From a virus, in the IMG/VR virus record IMGVR_UViG_3300029305_006397: DNA of 64,000 nucleotides. One strand, written 5' to 3'. A program made the position numbers and the translations under genes. The stretch's first letter is position 1. Every line of letters begins with the position of its first letter. Positions 17,545 to 26,639 of the stretch are shown here, in pieces. The notes below the pieces were generated by a model that worked only from the letters and a program-made list of their open reading frames with translations, made no database searches and was not told the origin of the DNA.

Positions 17545-17760
17545 TTAGTAAAGAATCGTCACCTTTTCATCGTCTCCAAGAAGCATCCAATTGTGAATCA
17601 GAACTTTTCCCTCGTCAATGTTTTCGTTCTTACATAACTTAGCTAGAGCTTCGTTTTTAATACTATCGGTAAAAATATAATCGCCATCCACACATACAAT
17701 AGCGATTTTAGCCGAATTGAAATTGGGATGATCGTACATGATATAAATCCAATTCTTCAT
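17545..17760 (-). CDS. hypothetical protein (71 aa)
   Basis: Track ORF in the co-directional array. Confidence 0.5.
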   Translation of the reverse strand: MKNWIYIMYDHPNFNSAKIAIVCVDGDYIFTDSIKNEALAKLCKNENIDEGKVLIHNWMLLGDDEKVTILY

Positions 17761-17772
17761 AACTTGTTTTAC

Positions 17773-17937
17773 TTAACCCCCCACCTCATGCCAATAATCC
17801 AGATTGACAAGCAACCATCTCGGATTCATTCTTTTATCAACAGTTTCGATGATAGCAGTATTATCTTCGTACAAACGAACGATCTTTCCGAAAAGTACGG
17901 GCAATACAGAACTTTGTATGGCAGTTCCTACGTCCAT
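17773..17937 (-). CDS. hypothetical protein (54 aa)
   Basis: AGGAGGA SD. TAATG junction with the upstream gene. Confidence 0.45.
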   Translation of the reverse strand: MDVGTAIQSSVLPVLFGKIVRLYEDNTAIIETVDKRMNPRWLLVNLDYWHEVGG

Positions 17938-18233
17938 TAAGATTCCTCCTGCCAAAATTTGACCAGATGATAATCAAAGACAAGCTCTGCGTCCATACGC
18001 TTAAAGGCCGTCTTGAAATTTTCCATGTGAAGAAGCTCCCACATTTCTGCCGGAAGCTCAAACCAAACCTCGGCCACACGATCATTTGTAGGCAAATCGA
18101 ATTTGCCTCGGCTGCCCCAGGCATCAAAGCAATGGAGAAAATCATTCACGGCTCCATTGACGCCATTGTAATTGACCACGGATACCATACCGTGAACATT
18201 CTGAAAAGCATATACGCACTTGCAATTCTTCAT
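17937..18233 (-). CDS. hypothetical protein (98 aa)
   Basis: Track ORF. GGAGGAGGAG SD. Confidence 0.6.
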   Translation of the reverse strand: MKNCKCVYAFQNVHGMVSVVNYNGVNGAVNDFLHCFDAWGSRGKFDLPTNDRVAEVWFELPAEMWELLHMENFKTAFKRMDAELVFDYHLVKFWQEES

Positions 18234-18371
18234 TTACTCCTCCTCCATTGCTTCAATGTCTGATCCCAAACTTGGATTCCAAATCGATTCAGCCTTCAAA
18301 GTATTCCCGCAGGAGCATTTTTCACTGAACCAAACCCAATAACCACAGCAGTGGCAATGCCATTTATACAT
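18234..18371 (-). CDS. small Cys-rich ORF (45 aa)
   Basis: Not in the track. AAGGAG SD plus ATG. HCHCCGYW...CSCG. Confidence 0.4.
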   Translation of the reverse strand: MYKWHCHCCGYWVWFSEKCSCGNTLKAESIWNPSLGSDIEAMEEE

Positions 18372-18383
18372 TGAACATTCTCC

Positions 18384-18620
18384 TTAATCCAAGATCAATT
18401 CACCAGTGCTTTTGATTTTCGGCACATACTGGATGTAGTCGGGATGCAGAACCCATTCAATAAAGGGCGAAAGCACCTCACCGCATATGCTCATTTCAGC
18501 ATCATCCATTCTATCCACATTCAGCTTAATGCCAAGTTTCTTAAAAATGTTCTCTAACTGCTCGTCAAAAGAATAATCGATTTTTCTATTCAATTCCAAC
18601 CACCCTCTCCATTTCTTCAA
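18384..18620 (-). CDS. hypothetical protein (about 70-78 aa; start uncertain, TTG candidates)
   Basis: Track ORF. No in-frame ATG near the 5' end. Confidence 0.4.
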   Translation of the reverse strand: MKKWRGWLELNRKIDYSFDEQLENIFKKLGIKLNVDRMDDAEMSICGEVLSPFIEWVLHPDYIQYVPKIKSTGELILD

Positions 18621-18681
18621 CCAGTTCCAGAAGTTCCAGCAGCGTCAGTGTGATAGGACTGCCACATCTCTTATCAGTCAT
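18586..18681 (-). CDS. possible micro-ORF (31 aa)
   Basis: GGAGGA SD. ATGA overlap with the upstream stop. Confidence 0.3.
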   Translation of the reverse strand: MTDKRCGSPITLTLLELLELVEEMERVVGIE

Positions 18682-18920
18682 GAATAATTGTCCTCCTCCA
18701 CAATCAGACCAATCTGATTTATAATCAATTCCAGATATTTGTTGACCCATTCCAAAGTTACATAAAACTGTTCGTGTCCAGACTGCCACCATTCTATAAC
18801 AGCTTTTTCGGCATCATCTGCAAACTGAGGGTATTCGCCATGCAGTTTCCTGTATTGAATTGCAGCAGTTCCGGCGATAGCCTGACACAAAGCCAATTCT
18901 CCATAGCTGATATTTTCCAT
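18678..18920 (-). CDS. hypothetical protein (80 aa)
   Basis: Track ORF. AGGAGA SD. Confidence 0.6.
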   Translation of the reverse strand: MENISYGELALCQAIAGTAAIQYRKLHGEYPQFADDAEKAVIEWWQSGHEQFYVTLEWVNKYLELIINQIGLIVEEDNYS

Positions 18921-18932
18921 CTTATTTTTCTC

Positions 18933-19307
18933 CTACATTTCCACGTTGAAAGAACCTTCACACTCCGGGCATACCGCATGTAGTCCAAGATCGTCCATGT
19001 AGATTCTGTTTGCATCATAAAATTCATTACCGCAGTTAGGGCAGGTGTGCAACGAAACCTGAGCCATACAATACTCTCTGTGCGCGTCAGCTTTGATCCT
19101 GTTAATCAGGGTCTGAGGGATCACAATCAATGTGCTGTCGTAGTTGAACATGGGACTATCTGCATCACAATCAAGCTGCTCTGCAAGGTATTTTTCTATC
19201 TCGCTTTCCTTTTCTCCGGCAGGATCAAGGGCTTCAAAACAATGTTCGATTCCATATTTCGTTTCTTCCCAACCATGATAAAGGTTAATGTAATACATCT
19301 TACTCAT
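18933..19307 (-). CDS. hypothetical protein (124 aa) with C-terminal double zinc ribbon
   Basis: ATG follows AAGGAG. CPNCG...CPEC. The N-terminal 30 codons of the track ORF overlap another coding frame. Confidence 0.55.
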   Translation of the reverse strand: MSKMYYINLYHGWEETKYGIEHCFEALDPAGEKESEIEKYLAEQLDCDADSPMFNYDSTLIVIPQTLINRIKADAHREYCMAQVSLHTCPNCGNEFYDANRIYMDDLGLHAVCPECEGSFNVEM

Positions 19308-19471
19308 ATCAAATTCCACTCCTTTTGATAATAATCGATAGCAAGCTGGCAATCTTTCTTCCGGGGATATCTGCCGAAGCATGTGTATGTACTCCACATT
19401 TTACGTCCCAAATCATAAACACACCACCAGATTTTTCCATTCAGGGCGATTCGCTTCCTGGGTTCGAACAT
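19304..19471 (-). CDS. small ORF (55 aa)
   Basis: Not in the track. GGAGGC SD plus ATG. ATGA overlap with the downstream gene. Confidence 0.4.
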   Translation of the reverse strand: MFEPRKRIALNGKIWWCVYDLGRKMWSTYTCFGRYPRKKDCQLAIDYYQKEWNLI

Positions 19472-19491
19472 AGGTTATGCCTCCGATTTCT

Positions 19492-19698
19492 TTATTCTTT
19501 TATTCCCTGCGACATTTGAAAGACAATCCAAGCAGCATCATTCAAACGTCTGATTGTGCTGGTAGCATCGGGATCGCTATATTCCATATCATCAGCAACG
19601 GCAGCAATCATATCATGCACGGCATACAGAACATCTTCTGCTTCCTCATATATCCAATGTTCCTTCAGGATTTTATCAAAGCGTTCTTTCCAGTTCAT
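19492..19698 (-). CDS. hypothetical protein (68 aa)
   Basis: Track ORF. GAGGAA SD. Confidence 0.55.
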   Translation of the reverse strand: MNWKERFDKILKEHWIYEEAEDVLYAVHDMIAAVADDMEYSDPDATSTIRRLNDAAWIVFQMSQGIKE

Positions 19699-19712
19699 GA
19701 CTCATTCCTCAT

Positions 19713-19904
19713 TTAATCTGTATTTGATTTCAGGTGATAGTAATTTATTTTATAACCACAGCTGGGACAAGTGACCGCATGTACGCCAAGTTCATTTACC
19801 TTTGGAAAATACAAGGTGTATCCACAGGGGCAGAAAACGGCATCAAAGCCCTCTTTTACCTTGATTGAATGTTCCATTATAATGGTGTTCACATCCACTT
19901 CCAT
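19713..19904 (-). CDS. zinc-ribbon protein (63 aa)
   Basis: GGGAGTG SD before the internal ATG. CPCG...CPSCG. Confidence 0.5.
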   Translation of the reverse strand: MEVDVNTIIMEHSIKVKEGFDAVFCPCGYTLYFPKVNELGVHAVTCPSCGYKINYYHLKSNTD

Positions 19905-19926
19905 TCTTTTCACTCCCACATTTTAA

Positions 19927-20241
19927 TCAGTTTCTAGGAATATATTTCTCAATCATCTGCATTACAGGATCATAAATTGTTACCACCGCAACTTGATTGC
20001 AATGATGTGTGACCTTGGGCATATCCAACACATGAAAAATTTCCATACCAGCAACTCTATTTGCCCACTTCATCAATCGTTCTACTTCATGTTTGAGGGT
20101 AGAAATATGTGAATAGGCACTGCGCTTGCGAATCTTAATGGTGTAGCCAGCAGCATAATGTTCGTGATTCTTGCAAAAATCAAAATCATATCTGCTGCGT
20201 TCCATAAGGTTTTGAATATATTTGGGGACAGGCTTATCCAT
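19927..20241 (-). CDS. hypothetical protein (104 aa)
   Basis: Track ORF. GGAGGTG SD. Confidence 0.6.
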   Translation of the reverse strand: MDKPVPKYIQNLMERSRYDFDFCKNHEHYAAGYTIKIRKRSAYSHISTLKHEVERLMKWANRVAGMEIFHVLDMPKVTHHCNQVAVVTIYDPVMQMIEKYIPRN

Positions 20242-20254
20242 GTCGCACCTCCAC

Positions 20255-20575
20255 TCATACCTTGCAGAATTGATATTCGTTTTCCGTAATCAAACCTTCC
20301 AACAGCATTTCATACAGCGTTCTATATTCTGCGTTCCTTCTCGAAGAACAGAAACAGAAGCCATCCCAATGTCCAATACAACTATCGTAGTTTTCATTCG
20401 ACTGGGCTTGCAGTTTATTGGCAAGATCGTACTTCCCAAAGAAATTTGCCTTATACATGGCAGCTTTAAGAGTCAGTTCATCAATAATCATCTCCTGCTG
20501 TTCGACAGTTTTATGAAGATTGACAAGCTCTACTCCAAACTCCTTTGTTATGCTTTGTCTGCGATAACTTTCCAT
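20255..20575 (-). CDS. hypothetical protein (106 aa)
   Basis: Track ORF. ATG follows GGGGG. Confidence 0.5.
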   Translation of the reverse strand: MESYRRQSITKEFGVELVNLHKTVEQQEMIIDELTLKAAMYKANFFGKYDLANKLQAQSNENYDSCIGHWDGFCFCSSRRNAEYRTLYEMLLEGLITENEYQFCKV

Positions 20576-20994
20576 TTGAACCCCCATCCAGAAATGTTTT
20601 CATCCCACCATTTGTTGTACGCATCGCGCATTACCATGGGATCAAGGTCGAAAATATAAGCAGCGCCTTCCATTACACCACGGGATTTTCCGAGATACCA
20701 CTCATAATCATGAGAATTTGAAGGAGCTTCTTTGGACTGCATTTCATACTTAGCTGCCTTCTGAAACACAATTTCGGGAATTTTCTTCCCTTCAACAATC
20801 ACGAATACACGATTTTCCATCTCAAAAATCCTCCATGGGAATACCAACGATTCCCCAAGTCCATTCGTATTCGCCGTCACAGCTAGATACATAATTACTC
20901 TTTTATTACCATCCCATCGGATTAAAGAGGCATATAAATATTTGTATTCATTACTTCCACCTTCTTCAATCACGATATTCTTCGTCGGTATCAA
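20548..20994 (-). CDS. hypothetical protein (about 140-148 aa; TTG/GTG start uncertain)
   Basis: Track ORF. Overlaps the 3' end of the small ORF 20966..21127. Confidence 0.5.
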   Translation of the reverse strand: MIPTKNIVIEEGGSNEYKYLYASLIRWDGNKRVIMYLAVTANTNGLGESLVFPWRIFEMENRVFVIVEGKKIPEIVFQKAAKYEMQSKEAPSNSHDYEWYLGKSRGVMEGAAYIFDLDPMVMRDAYNKWWDENISGWGFKWKVIADKA

Positions 20995-21127
20995 TTTCCA
21001 TTCGATTCAACACATCCAAAAGCGCATCGTGAAAACCATCTTTGTATCCACGATCATAAGACATATCTTCATCCCATTCATTGCAACAGTCAAGCAGTTC
21101 GTCAATCACGGTTTTCAGTTTTTCCAT
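20966..21127 (-). CDS. small acidic ORF (53 aa)
   Basis: Not in the track. AGGAGGA SD plus ATG. Confidence 0.4.
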   Translation of the reverse strand: MEKLKTVIDELLDCCNEWDEDMSYDRGYKDGFHDALLDVLNRMEIDTDEEYRD

Positions 21128-21128
21128 C

Positions 21129-21347
21129 TCAAAATCCTCCTGCTAGACATACATAGCCCAAGCTATGATCCATTTGATATTTCAGGTATTCTTCATAGGC
21201 TTTTCTTCCAAGGTTATAAACGATACTCTTACTTACTCTGTCATGCCGCAGTACGGCATTATAGAGAGCAGGATATTTCGCTTTTACTTTGGGATTATGA
21301 GTGATATCGTAGTTGTTGTTTATGATATATACAGTGTTGTCGTACAT
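21129..21347 (-). CDS. hypothetical protein (72 aa)
   Basis: Track ORF. AAAGGAAG SD. Confidence 0.55.
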   Translation of the reverse strand: MYDNTVYIINNNYDITHNPKVKAKYPALYNAVLRHDRVSKSIVYNLGRKAYEEYLKYQMDHSLGYVCLAGGF

Positions 21348-21362
21348 TTAATGCTTCCTTTC

Positions 21363-21650
21363 TTACGCAGGATAGAGCGACGCACAGAACCTTGCCAATC
21401 TATGCCAGAGGGTATAAGTGGCGATATTCATGCGTACATTCTCCGGGATTCCACGGCTTACAAACCAGATATGCGACTGCTTGAACAGCTTTTCTGCAAG
21501 CTCACGTTCATACACATTAAACTCTGCTTCCCAGCGGCGTCTGCGACGGTAGGTGTCCCACATGCAGCCATATCGAGTAGAGCATACAATCTGATAGGGT
21601 ACGTTTTCTATCACTTCATCTCTGCTCATTACGATTTCAAGTGTTGCCAT
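21363..21650 (-). CDS. hypothetical protein (95 aa)
   Basis: Track ORF. GGAGGA SD. Confidence 0.6.
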   Translation of the reverse strand: MATLEIVMSRDEVIENVPYQIVCSTRYGCMWDTYRRRRRWEAEFNVYERELAEKLFKQSHIWFVSRGIPENVRMNIATYTLWHRLARFCASLYPA

Positions 21651-21653
21651 AGC

Positions 21654-21956
21654 TTATTCCTCCAGACTTTCAAACTGTTCATAGATGGGCAGTTCCGGCA
21701 GCGGTTCAAAGTCTCCATCAAAACGAATCCATGCGCAATCATGTTCAAGGGCGAAGTCCAAGCATGCTTTCAGATCATCAGGAATAGGTTCATTACAAAA
21801 TTCATCGTAATCTTCAGCAAGTACAAAGCATCCATACAAACAATCATAGGCTTCTACGTTATAAACGATAACATCGTATTCATGATCTACCATTTCCCTG
21901 AAGGTTTTAGGCTTGAGATGTTCCGTAGAAAGATAAAGGATTTTATAGATTTCCAT
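21654..21956 (-). CDS. hypothetical acidic protein (100 aa)
   Basis: Track ORF. GGAGGA 5 nt before the internal ATG. Confidence 0.55.
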   Translation of the reverse strand: MEIYKILYLSTEHLKPKTFREMVDHEYDVIVYNVEAYDCLYGCFVLAEDYDEFCNEPIPDDLKACLDFALEHDCAWIRFDGDFEPLPELPIYEQFESLEE

Positions 21957-21968
21957 AGTTTCCTCCAT

Positions 21969-22340
21969 TTATCCGATCCAAAATTCCGATCCGTCAAATA
22001 CAGGATAATCTTTGCCATCAATGGTGATGTATTGATTAACAGGTGCGCTGCCATCAGCCTGATATGTATGTTTAACCTCAGAAACTTCACCAGTTTTCAT
22101 GTCAACTTTGCAATCAGTAGTGGCCTTAAATCCGTCATTCCATACAGATGTGAAGGTCGCATTCTTAATATCATCGTCCTCGGTCGTAAATCGTTCAGCA
22201 TCAGCATCCACATGGACGGCAAAATAAGTTCCTCCATTCTCAATACAATCATCAATCTGGAGGGAGAGTTCTTTCAGAAAATCTTCCTTACTGGCATACT
22301 TCATGCCGGAACCATTATCCGACTCAATATAAAATTTCAT
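21969..22340 (-). CDS. hypothetical protein (123 aa)
   Basis: ATG follows GGAG, just downstream of the upstream stop. The longer track ORF overlaps the upstream gene. Confidence 0.55.
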   Translation of the reverse strand: MKFYIESDNGSGMKYASKEDFLKELSLQIDDCIENGGTYFAVHVDADAERFTTEDDDIKNATFTSVWNDGFKATTDCKVDMKTGEVSEVKHTYQADGSAPVNQYITIDGKDYPVFDGSEFWIG

Positions 22341-22344
22341 ATTC

Positions 22345-22602
22345 TTACTCCATTTCACGTTTAATAATGACAACAGGGGCATCATCTGAGGGCTGATAGA
22401 CACAGGTCTGAATGCACTTCCGGCAGCTATCGTATTCGACCACGGCTACCATGTCCTTATCCTCACAGCAATCACGTTTGCCGTTGGGAATGAAATCGAT
22501 GTATACGCCAGGGAAATCATTGGGTTCATCTACTTCATGCTTTGCCCATACCTTGATTTTTCCAAGCGGAGTATCTATATAAAACTCTCGTTTATTTTCC
22601 AT
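22345..22602 (-). CDS. hypothetical protein (85 aa)
   Basis: Track ORF. AAAGGAG SD. Confidence 0.6.
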   Translation of the reverse strand: MENKREFYIDTPLGKIKVWAKHEVDEPNDFPGVYIDFIPNGKRDCCEDKDMVAVVEYDSCRKCIQTCVYQPSDDAPVVIIKREME

Positions 22603-22607
22603 CTGAT

Positions 22608-22823
22608 TTACTCCTTTGCTTCAACTTCGATAATAAGGTTCTGATCCATTGGATAGATGTAAATGACTTCCATATCAAGGGCAACGTTATCAACGCCCAG
22701 CAATTCATCTTCTACCCTGTACAGCTCGGTATAATCGTTTTCATCGTCATGCCATTCTTTGACGATAATCTCTCGACCCTGAAGCTGGATTCCTGCATCC
22801 AACATATCTCTGATAGTAATCAT
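22608..22823 (-). CDS. hypothetical protein (71 aa)
   Basis: GGAGG 5 nt before the ATG. Confidence 0.55.
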   Translation of the reverse strand: MITIRDMLDAGIQLQGREIIVKEWHDDENDYTELYRVEDELLGVDNVALDMEVIYIYPMDQNLIIEVEAKE

Positions 22824-22834
22824 TTGAACCTCCA

Positions 22835-22981
22835 CTACCAATCGTATTTTCCGTTCAACTCTTTGCGCATTTCATCATAGTCGCCATCGAATCCATCCGG
22901 GCCACAGAAGTGGAGAATAGAAAGAGTGGATTCTTTGCCAAATGCGTTGTAATATTCCAGAATGTCCTGACGATTCAACAT
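22835..22981 (-). CDS. small ORF (48 aa)
   Basis: Not in the track. GGAGGAA SD plus ATG. Fills a gap. Confidence 0.4.
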   Translation of the reverse strand: MLNRQDILEYYNAFGKESTLSILHFCGPDGFDGDYDEMRKELNGKYDW

Positions 22982-23469
22982 ACTTTTGCTTTTCCTCCCC
23001 ACAATTCATCGAATTTTGCAGTGCGCTCAGTAGGAGCTTTGCGAATTTCTTCTTTCATTTCATGGACAGCCTTTTGGATACCTGCAAGTGATTCTTTGTA
23101 TGAAAGATATTTGGTACACCAGCCAGGATAAACCTGACACATGCCATATTCCACGCATTCCCGAAGGAAATTTCCAACTTGAGTTGCTTCCTTGAGGACT
23201 TCCTTCTTTTCCTGCCAAGAATCATACCAAAGGTAGTCGAGGAAAATATCAATAGAGAAACCCTCATAGTAACCCGGTTCAATCTTCACATCGAAAAAGC
23301 GGAAGTTGTACTTATTCAGAATAAACTGGATTTCTTCTCGGTCAGCTTCAATGGTATCGGCAATTACATCGTAAACATCCTCTCCATCTTCCACTTCAAA
23401 GTCATCAGGATTATACACGTTCAAGCCGATGGTGATATAGTCCGAGGATTTATAGTTGATGGTTCCCAT
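22975..23469 (-). CDS. hypothetical acidic protein (164 aa)
   Basis: Track ORF. AAAGGAG SD. Confidence 0.65.
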   Translation of the reverse strand: MGTINYKSSDYITIGLNVYNPDDFEVEDGEDVYDVIADTIEADREEIQFILNKYNFRFFDVKIEPGYYEGFSIDIFLDYLWYDSWQEKKEVLKEATQVGNFLRECVEYGMCQVYPGWCTKYLSYKESLAGIQKAVHEMKEEIRKAPTERTAKFDELWGGKAKVC

Positions 23470-23486
23470 ATTGATAATCTCCTTTA

Positions 23487-23654
23487 TTATTTTGTGAATG
23501 TTTTAGAATTGCCATTCTTGTCGGTAATAGTTACGCTTGTACCAGTAGAGTACCAGTATTTAATACTGTTCCAAACCATATCTAATGTTTCACAGTCGTT
23601 ACCACATTCGACATAGCTTCTTCCAGTGTGATTATTTTTGATCGTAAATTCCAT
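23487..23654 (-). CDS. small ORF (55 aa)
   Basis: Not in the track. AAAGGAG SD plus ATG. Confidence 0.4.
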   Translation of the reverse strand: MEFTIKNNHTGRSYVECGNDCETLDMVWNSIKYWYSTGTSVTITDKNGNSKTFTK

Positions 23655-23679
23655 TCAAGATTCTCCTTTACGATAACAC

Positions 23680-23910
23680 CTACGTTTCATTGAAAAAGTC
23701 GTTAGTATCCAGACGGCGCAACATGGATTTGACTACCGCATTGATTTCCTGCAGAGTTCCAAACCAGAGTTCGCCGCCATTTAGGGATAATGAACAAAGG
23801 TTAGTTCCTTCAATGGGGTTCACCTCCAAAACACTCTGCATCAGCATCTTAGAGTTGTTCATTTCCATCCAAAGGGCGCAATCGCCGCGAATCATCTCCA
23901 AATATTCCAA
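23680..23910 (-). CDS. hypothetical protein (76 aa), TTG start
   Basis: Track ORF. GAGGAAGGGGA sits 7 nt before the TTG. Confidence 0.5.
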   Translation of the reverse strand: MEYLEMIRGDCALWMEMNNSKMLMQSVLEVNPIEGTNLCSLSLNGGELWFGTLQEINAVVKSMLRRLDTNDFFNET

Positions 23911-24402
23911 TTACCATTCCCCTTCCTCAAATTCAAAGCCCATAAGGTTTTCAATGCGCAGCACATGATCTTCCATCCAACGGAAATAAAAGTCATAGTG
24001 CTTGAGGGCAACATGGGTATCCATGTAGTTGAGATAGTAGGTCAAATCTTCTTCGGGATTGATTTCACCAGCATCCAGCAGATCACGATATTCGATCAGT
24101 TTGATGTATCCATCTTCTTCATCGAAGTTTTCCACACCATCTTCCTTTGCATCTGCTGCATATCTTTCTATTTCATCTTTGATTGCTTCGCGAATATCGT
24201 CTTTATCATTTTCAAAGGCATCGTTCAGATCGAATCTCGCCTGTTCAAATACACCTCGGAAGATAGAGTTAATATTCATATCTTTATTGGCAATCATATC
24301 CTTGAGAATATCCCAAAGATCATACTTGACATCTTCCAGCATAGTCAGATCGCATACCCCACAATCCAGCAGAGTACAGAGAATGCTATCTTTGTAATCC
24401 AT
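23911..24402 (-). CDS. hypothetical highly acidic protein (163 aa)
   Basis: Track ORF. AGGAGG SD. Confidence 0.65.
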   Translation of the reverse strand: MDYKDSILCTLLDCGVCDLTMLEDVKYDLWDILKDMIANKDMNINSIFRGVFEQARFDLNDAFENDKDDIREAIKDEIERYAADAKEDGVENFDEEDGYIKLIEYRDLLDAGEINPEEDLTYYLNYMDTHVALKHYDFYFRWMEDHVLRIENLMGFEFEEGEW

Positions 24403-24411
24403 TTGAACCTC

Positions 24412-24558
24412 CTATCCAATTCGATCAATGTGTTCTACAGGCACTTTATAATCAGTTTTTCCATCTGAGAAATATGCCTTGCCATCTGCAAAGCTGATAC
24501 CATTTTCATCGACGGCGCGGACGATCAATCCGACTTCATCAAAATAGGCAATAATCAT
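24412..24558 (-). CDS. small ORF (48 aa)
   Basis: Not in the track. AAGGAGGC SD plus ATG. Confidence 0.4.
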   Translation of the reverse strand: MIIAYFDEVGLIVRAVDENGISFADGKAYFSDGKTDYKVPVEHIDRIG

Positions 24559-24571
24559 TATGTTTGCCTCC

Positions 24572-24880
24572 TTATACCTCGATGTACTTCGTCAGTATGG
24601 GATAATAACCCCATGTGCCGCCAAACTTATCGGCGATAGAATCAAAGATTGCTTCCATCTGTTCCTCTCGACTGGAATACTCCTCGCCATCTTCGTCGTA
24701 ATCCATATCTTCCATACACTCGATTGCATCATCAAGGTCATTGCAAAGGACAGCTCCCAAAGAAAAGGCATTACCGAAGGGCGTAGTAGGGATAGAGAAC
24801 CGCACAATATCCGGCACATCATCGTCTCTCTCCATATATCGAACAGCTACATAGTAGTCGTGCATTACGGTATTTCCCAT
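24572..24880 (-). CDS. hypothetical acidic protein (102 aa)
   Basis: AAGGAGGA before the internal ATG. Confidence 0.55.
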   Translation of the reverse strand: MGNTVMHDYYVAVRYMERDDDVPDIVRFSIPTTPFGNAFSLGAVLCNDLDDAIECMEDMDYDEDGEEYSSREEQMEAIFDSIADKFGGTWGYYPILTKYIEV

Positions 24881-24890
24881 ATTGTCCTCC

Positions 24891-25484
24891 TTAGTATTCA
24901 AATCGTACTTCGTCTTTGTGGAAGTCTACATAGAAGTCAGCTTCATTGCCGCAGCCTTTAACACCACAAATCTGCTGGATAGCGCAGCAATCATCGAATT
25001 TTCCGATCATAAGTGCGCCGTACTTCTTCTTACAGTCAACGCACATTGCAGACCAACATCCACTTTCATCATTATTGAAATCATCAAAAACAACTTCTGT
25101 CTTATCTTCGCTAGTGAAGATCATGTGTCTTGCAATCGGATCGGGTTCATCCTCGGTCTGCTCACGGCGTTCATGAGCCTCTACGATATGATACAGGCCA
25201 GCATCCTTAACGGCCTTATGTACAGCTTCATTCCAGCCGAAGCTATCATCTTCCATGAGGTCGCGCTTGATCTTAGCGATGATATTGAGCTGATCGTCAT
25301 TGAACATGCCCTCATAGACAAGCTCCACATCTTCAATATCAACCTGCCGCTGATAACGCAGGTATGCTTCTCTCATTTCATCAAAGGTCAGGGTCAAAGA
25401 TACTTTATTTCCACTGAAGTCACGGTTGATCGTCAAATTTTCCATCCAGATCACCTTGTCCTTTCCCGTCCAGATATACTCCAT
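24891..25484 (-). CDS. hypothetical Cys-rich protein (about 185-197 aa; start uncertain)
   Basis: Track ORF. Candidate ATGs at 25484 and 25445 each have an SD. Confidence 0.55.
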   Translation of the reverse strand: MEYIWTGKDKVIWMENLTINRDFSGNKVSLTLTFDEMREAYLRYQRQVDIEDVELVYEGMFNDDQLNIIAKIKRDLMEDDSFGWNEAVHKAVKDAGLYHIVEAHERREQTEDEPDPIARHMIFTSEDKTEVVFDDFNNDESGCWSAMCVDCKKKYGALMIGKFDDCCAIQQICGVKGCGNEADFYVDFHKDEVRFEY

Positions 25485-25875
25485 TCTTAGCTTCCTGCTC
25501 ACGCTCCCACTTTCGCTGTTCTTCCCGGACTTCCCATACATGGTCAGACAGCTCTTTAATTACGATCTCCACAGCGCCCTCTGCACCATTGCTTCTGAAC
25601 CATGCGCGAACATTATCTTTCGTAGTGCTGATATTCGGAAACTCATACCATTCAAGGTAGAATTTAATGGTATTCAGCAAGGTATCCCATGCAATAACCT
25701 CCGGCTTCATGCGAAGATTCAGCATACGCTTGTAGGTTTTCTGATCGTTATCCATCATCAGGATAATCTCGTCGATAAAATCGGAGGTGTTGATTCCTCC
25801 GCCCTGTAATCCCCAACGCTCATTGAGGACTTCGTTGATCTTTTGTTGCTTGTTCGCAAGATGTTTAGCTATCAT
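25420..25875 (-). CDS. hypothetical protein (151 aa)
   Basis: Track ORF. TGGAGGA SD. Confidence 0.65.
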   Translation of the reverse strand: MIAKHLANKQQKINEVLNERWGLQGGGINTSDFIDEIILMMDNDQKTYKRMLNLRMKPEVIAWDTLLNTIKFYLEWYEFPNISTTKDNVRAWFRSNGAEGAVEIVIKELSDHVWEVREEQRKWEREQEAKNGVYLDGKGQGDLDGKFDDQP

Positions 25876-26240
25876 TCGTAATCCTCCATTTTTCGATCTC
25901 TGTTGGGCTTGCCAACGTATTTTCCTTTCAAACGCAGAATAAAACCATGGAGTCCGGTTACAGCGTTGCTATGAGAAAACATGTTGGTATTGGGATAGTA
26001 GAACAGATTACTTTCTTCTACGTCGAACATATACATGTTTGCAAAAATTGCACGTTCGATTTCCATTTGAGTAAATGGCGTAGCAAAAATGTACCGAGAA
26101 CCAATGCTGCTTGCCAGATCGAATCCGGCTACCAGACGATTGCTTAAACGATCATGGGAAATGTAGATGGGTTTTCCGTCTGCGTGATATTCACAAAAGT
26201 CAGAAAATCCGCTGATATAAGGGATGTATTCATGCTCCAT
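25872..26240 (-). CDS. hypothetical protein (122 aa)
   Basis: Track ORF. TAGGAGA SD. Confidence 0.6.
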   Translation of the reverse strand: MEHEYIPYISGFSDFCEYHADGKPIYISHDRLSNRLVAGFDLASSIGSRYIFATPFTQMEIERAIFANMYMFDVEESNLFYYPNTNMFSHSNAVTGLHGFILRLKGKYVGKPNRDRKMEDYE

Positions 26241-26249
26241 ATTGATCTC

Positions 26250-26639
26250 CTATTCCAGTTCATTCACAAGCTCAACGAGTGCGCCGTAGGTATTTTCACA
26301 CACCATGCCGCACATGTAGTTATGGATTTCAGTAATCCACTGGTATACAAATTCGTCATCATCATCTTCATACTGGCAATCTTCAAACCAATGCTTCTTA
26401 GTAAAGGTTCTGAATTTTTCCATGTTCCGGGTAATGAGGTCAGCCCACTTACATACAGCAGTGACATCAGAAGCATCGAATTTTTCCACTTCGACCTTCT
26501 TGATGATCTCCATGCAGAACCTATCGTAGTTCTCCTTGAAGGGTTCGGGGATGTAGCAGACGGTTACTTCGGCATCGTACACGGTATCGTAGGTATCAAA
26601 ATCGTCCTGGGAAATTGCCACGAGTTCATACAAAGTCAT
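26250..26639 (-). CDS. hypothetical acidic protein (129 aa)
   Basis: ATG follows the conserved leader AAAGATAGGAGGAAG. Confidence 0.6.
   Translation of the reverse strand: MTLYELVAISQDDFDTYDTVYDAEVTVCYIPEPFKENYDRFCMEIIKKVEVEKFDASDVTAVCKWADLITRNMEKFRTFTKKHWFEDCQYEDDDDEFVYQWITEIHNYMCGMVCENTYGALVELVNELE

Noticed and set aside
21165-22364. 399-aa plus-strand ORF. Similar long antisense ORFs: 7610..8419 (+), 15694..16296 (+), 24882..25490 (+), 29482..30210 (+), 49300..49959 (-), 49877..50362 (-), 54522..55556 (-).
   Set aside because: Each lies antisense to a run of well-supported genes that have SD sites. They have no SD of their own, use odd starts, and are rich in Phe/Ile/Leu/Ser, as expected for the reverse frame of AT-rich coding DNA.
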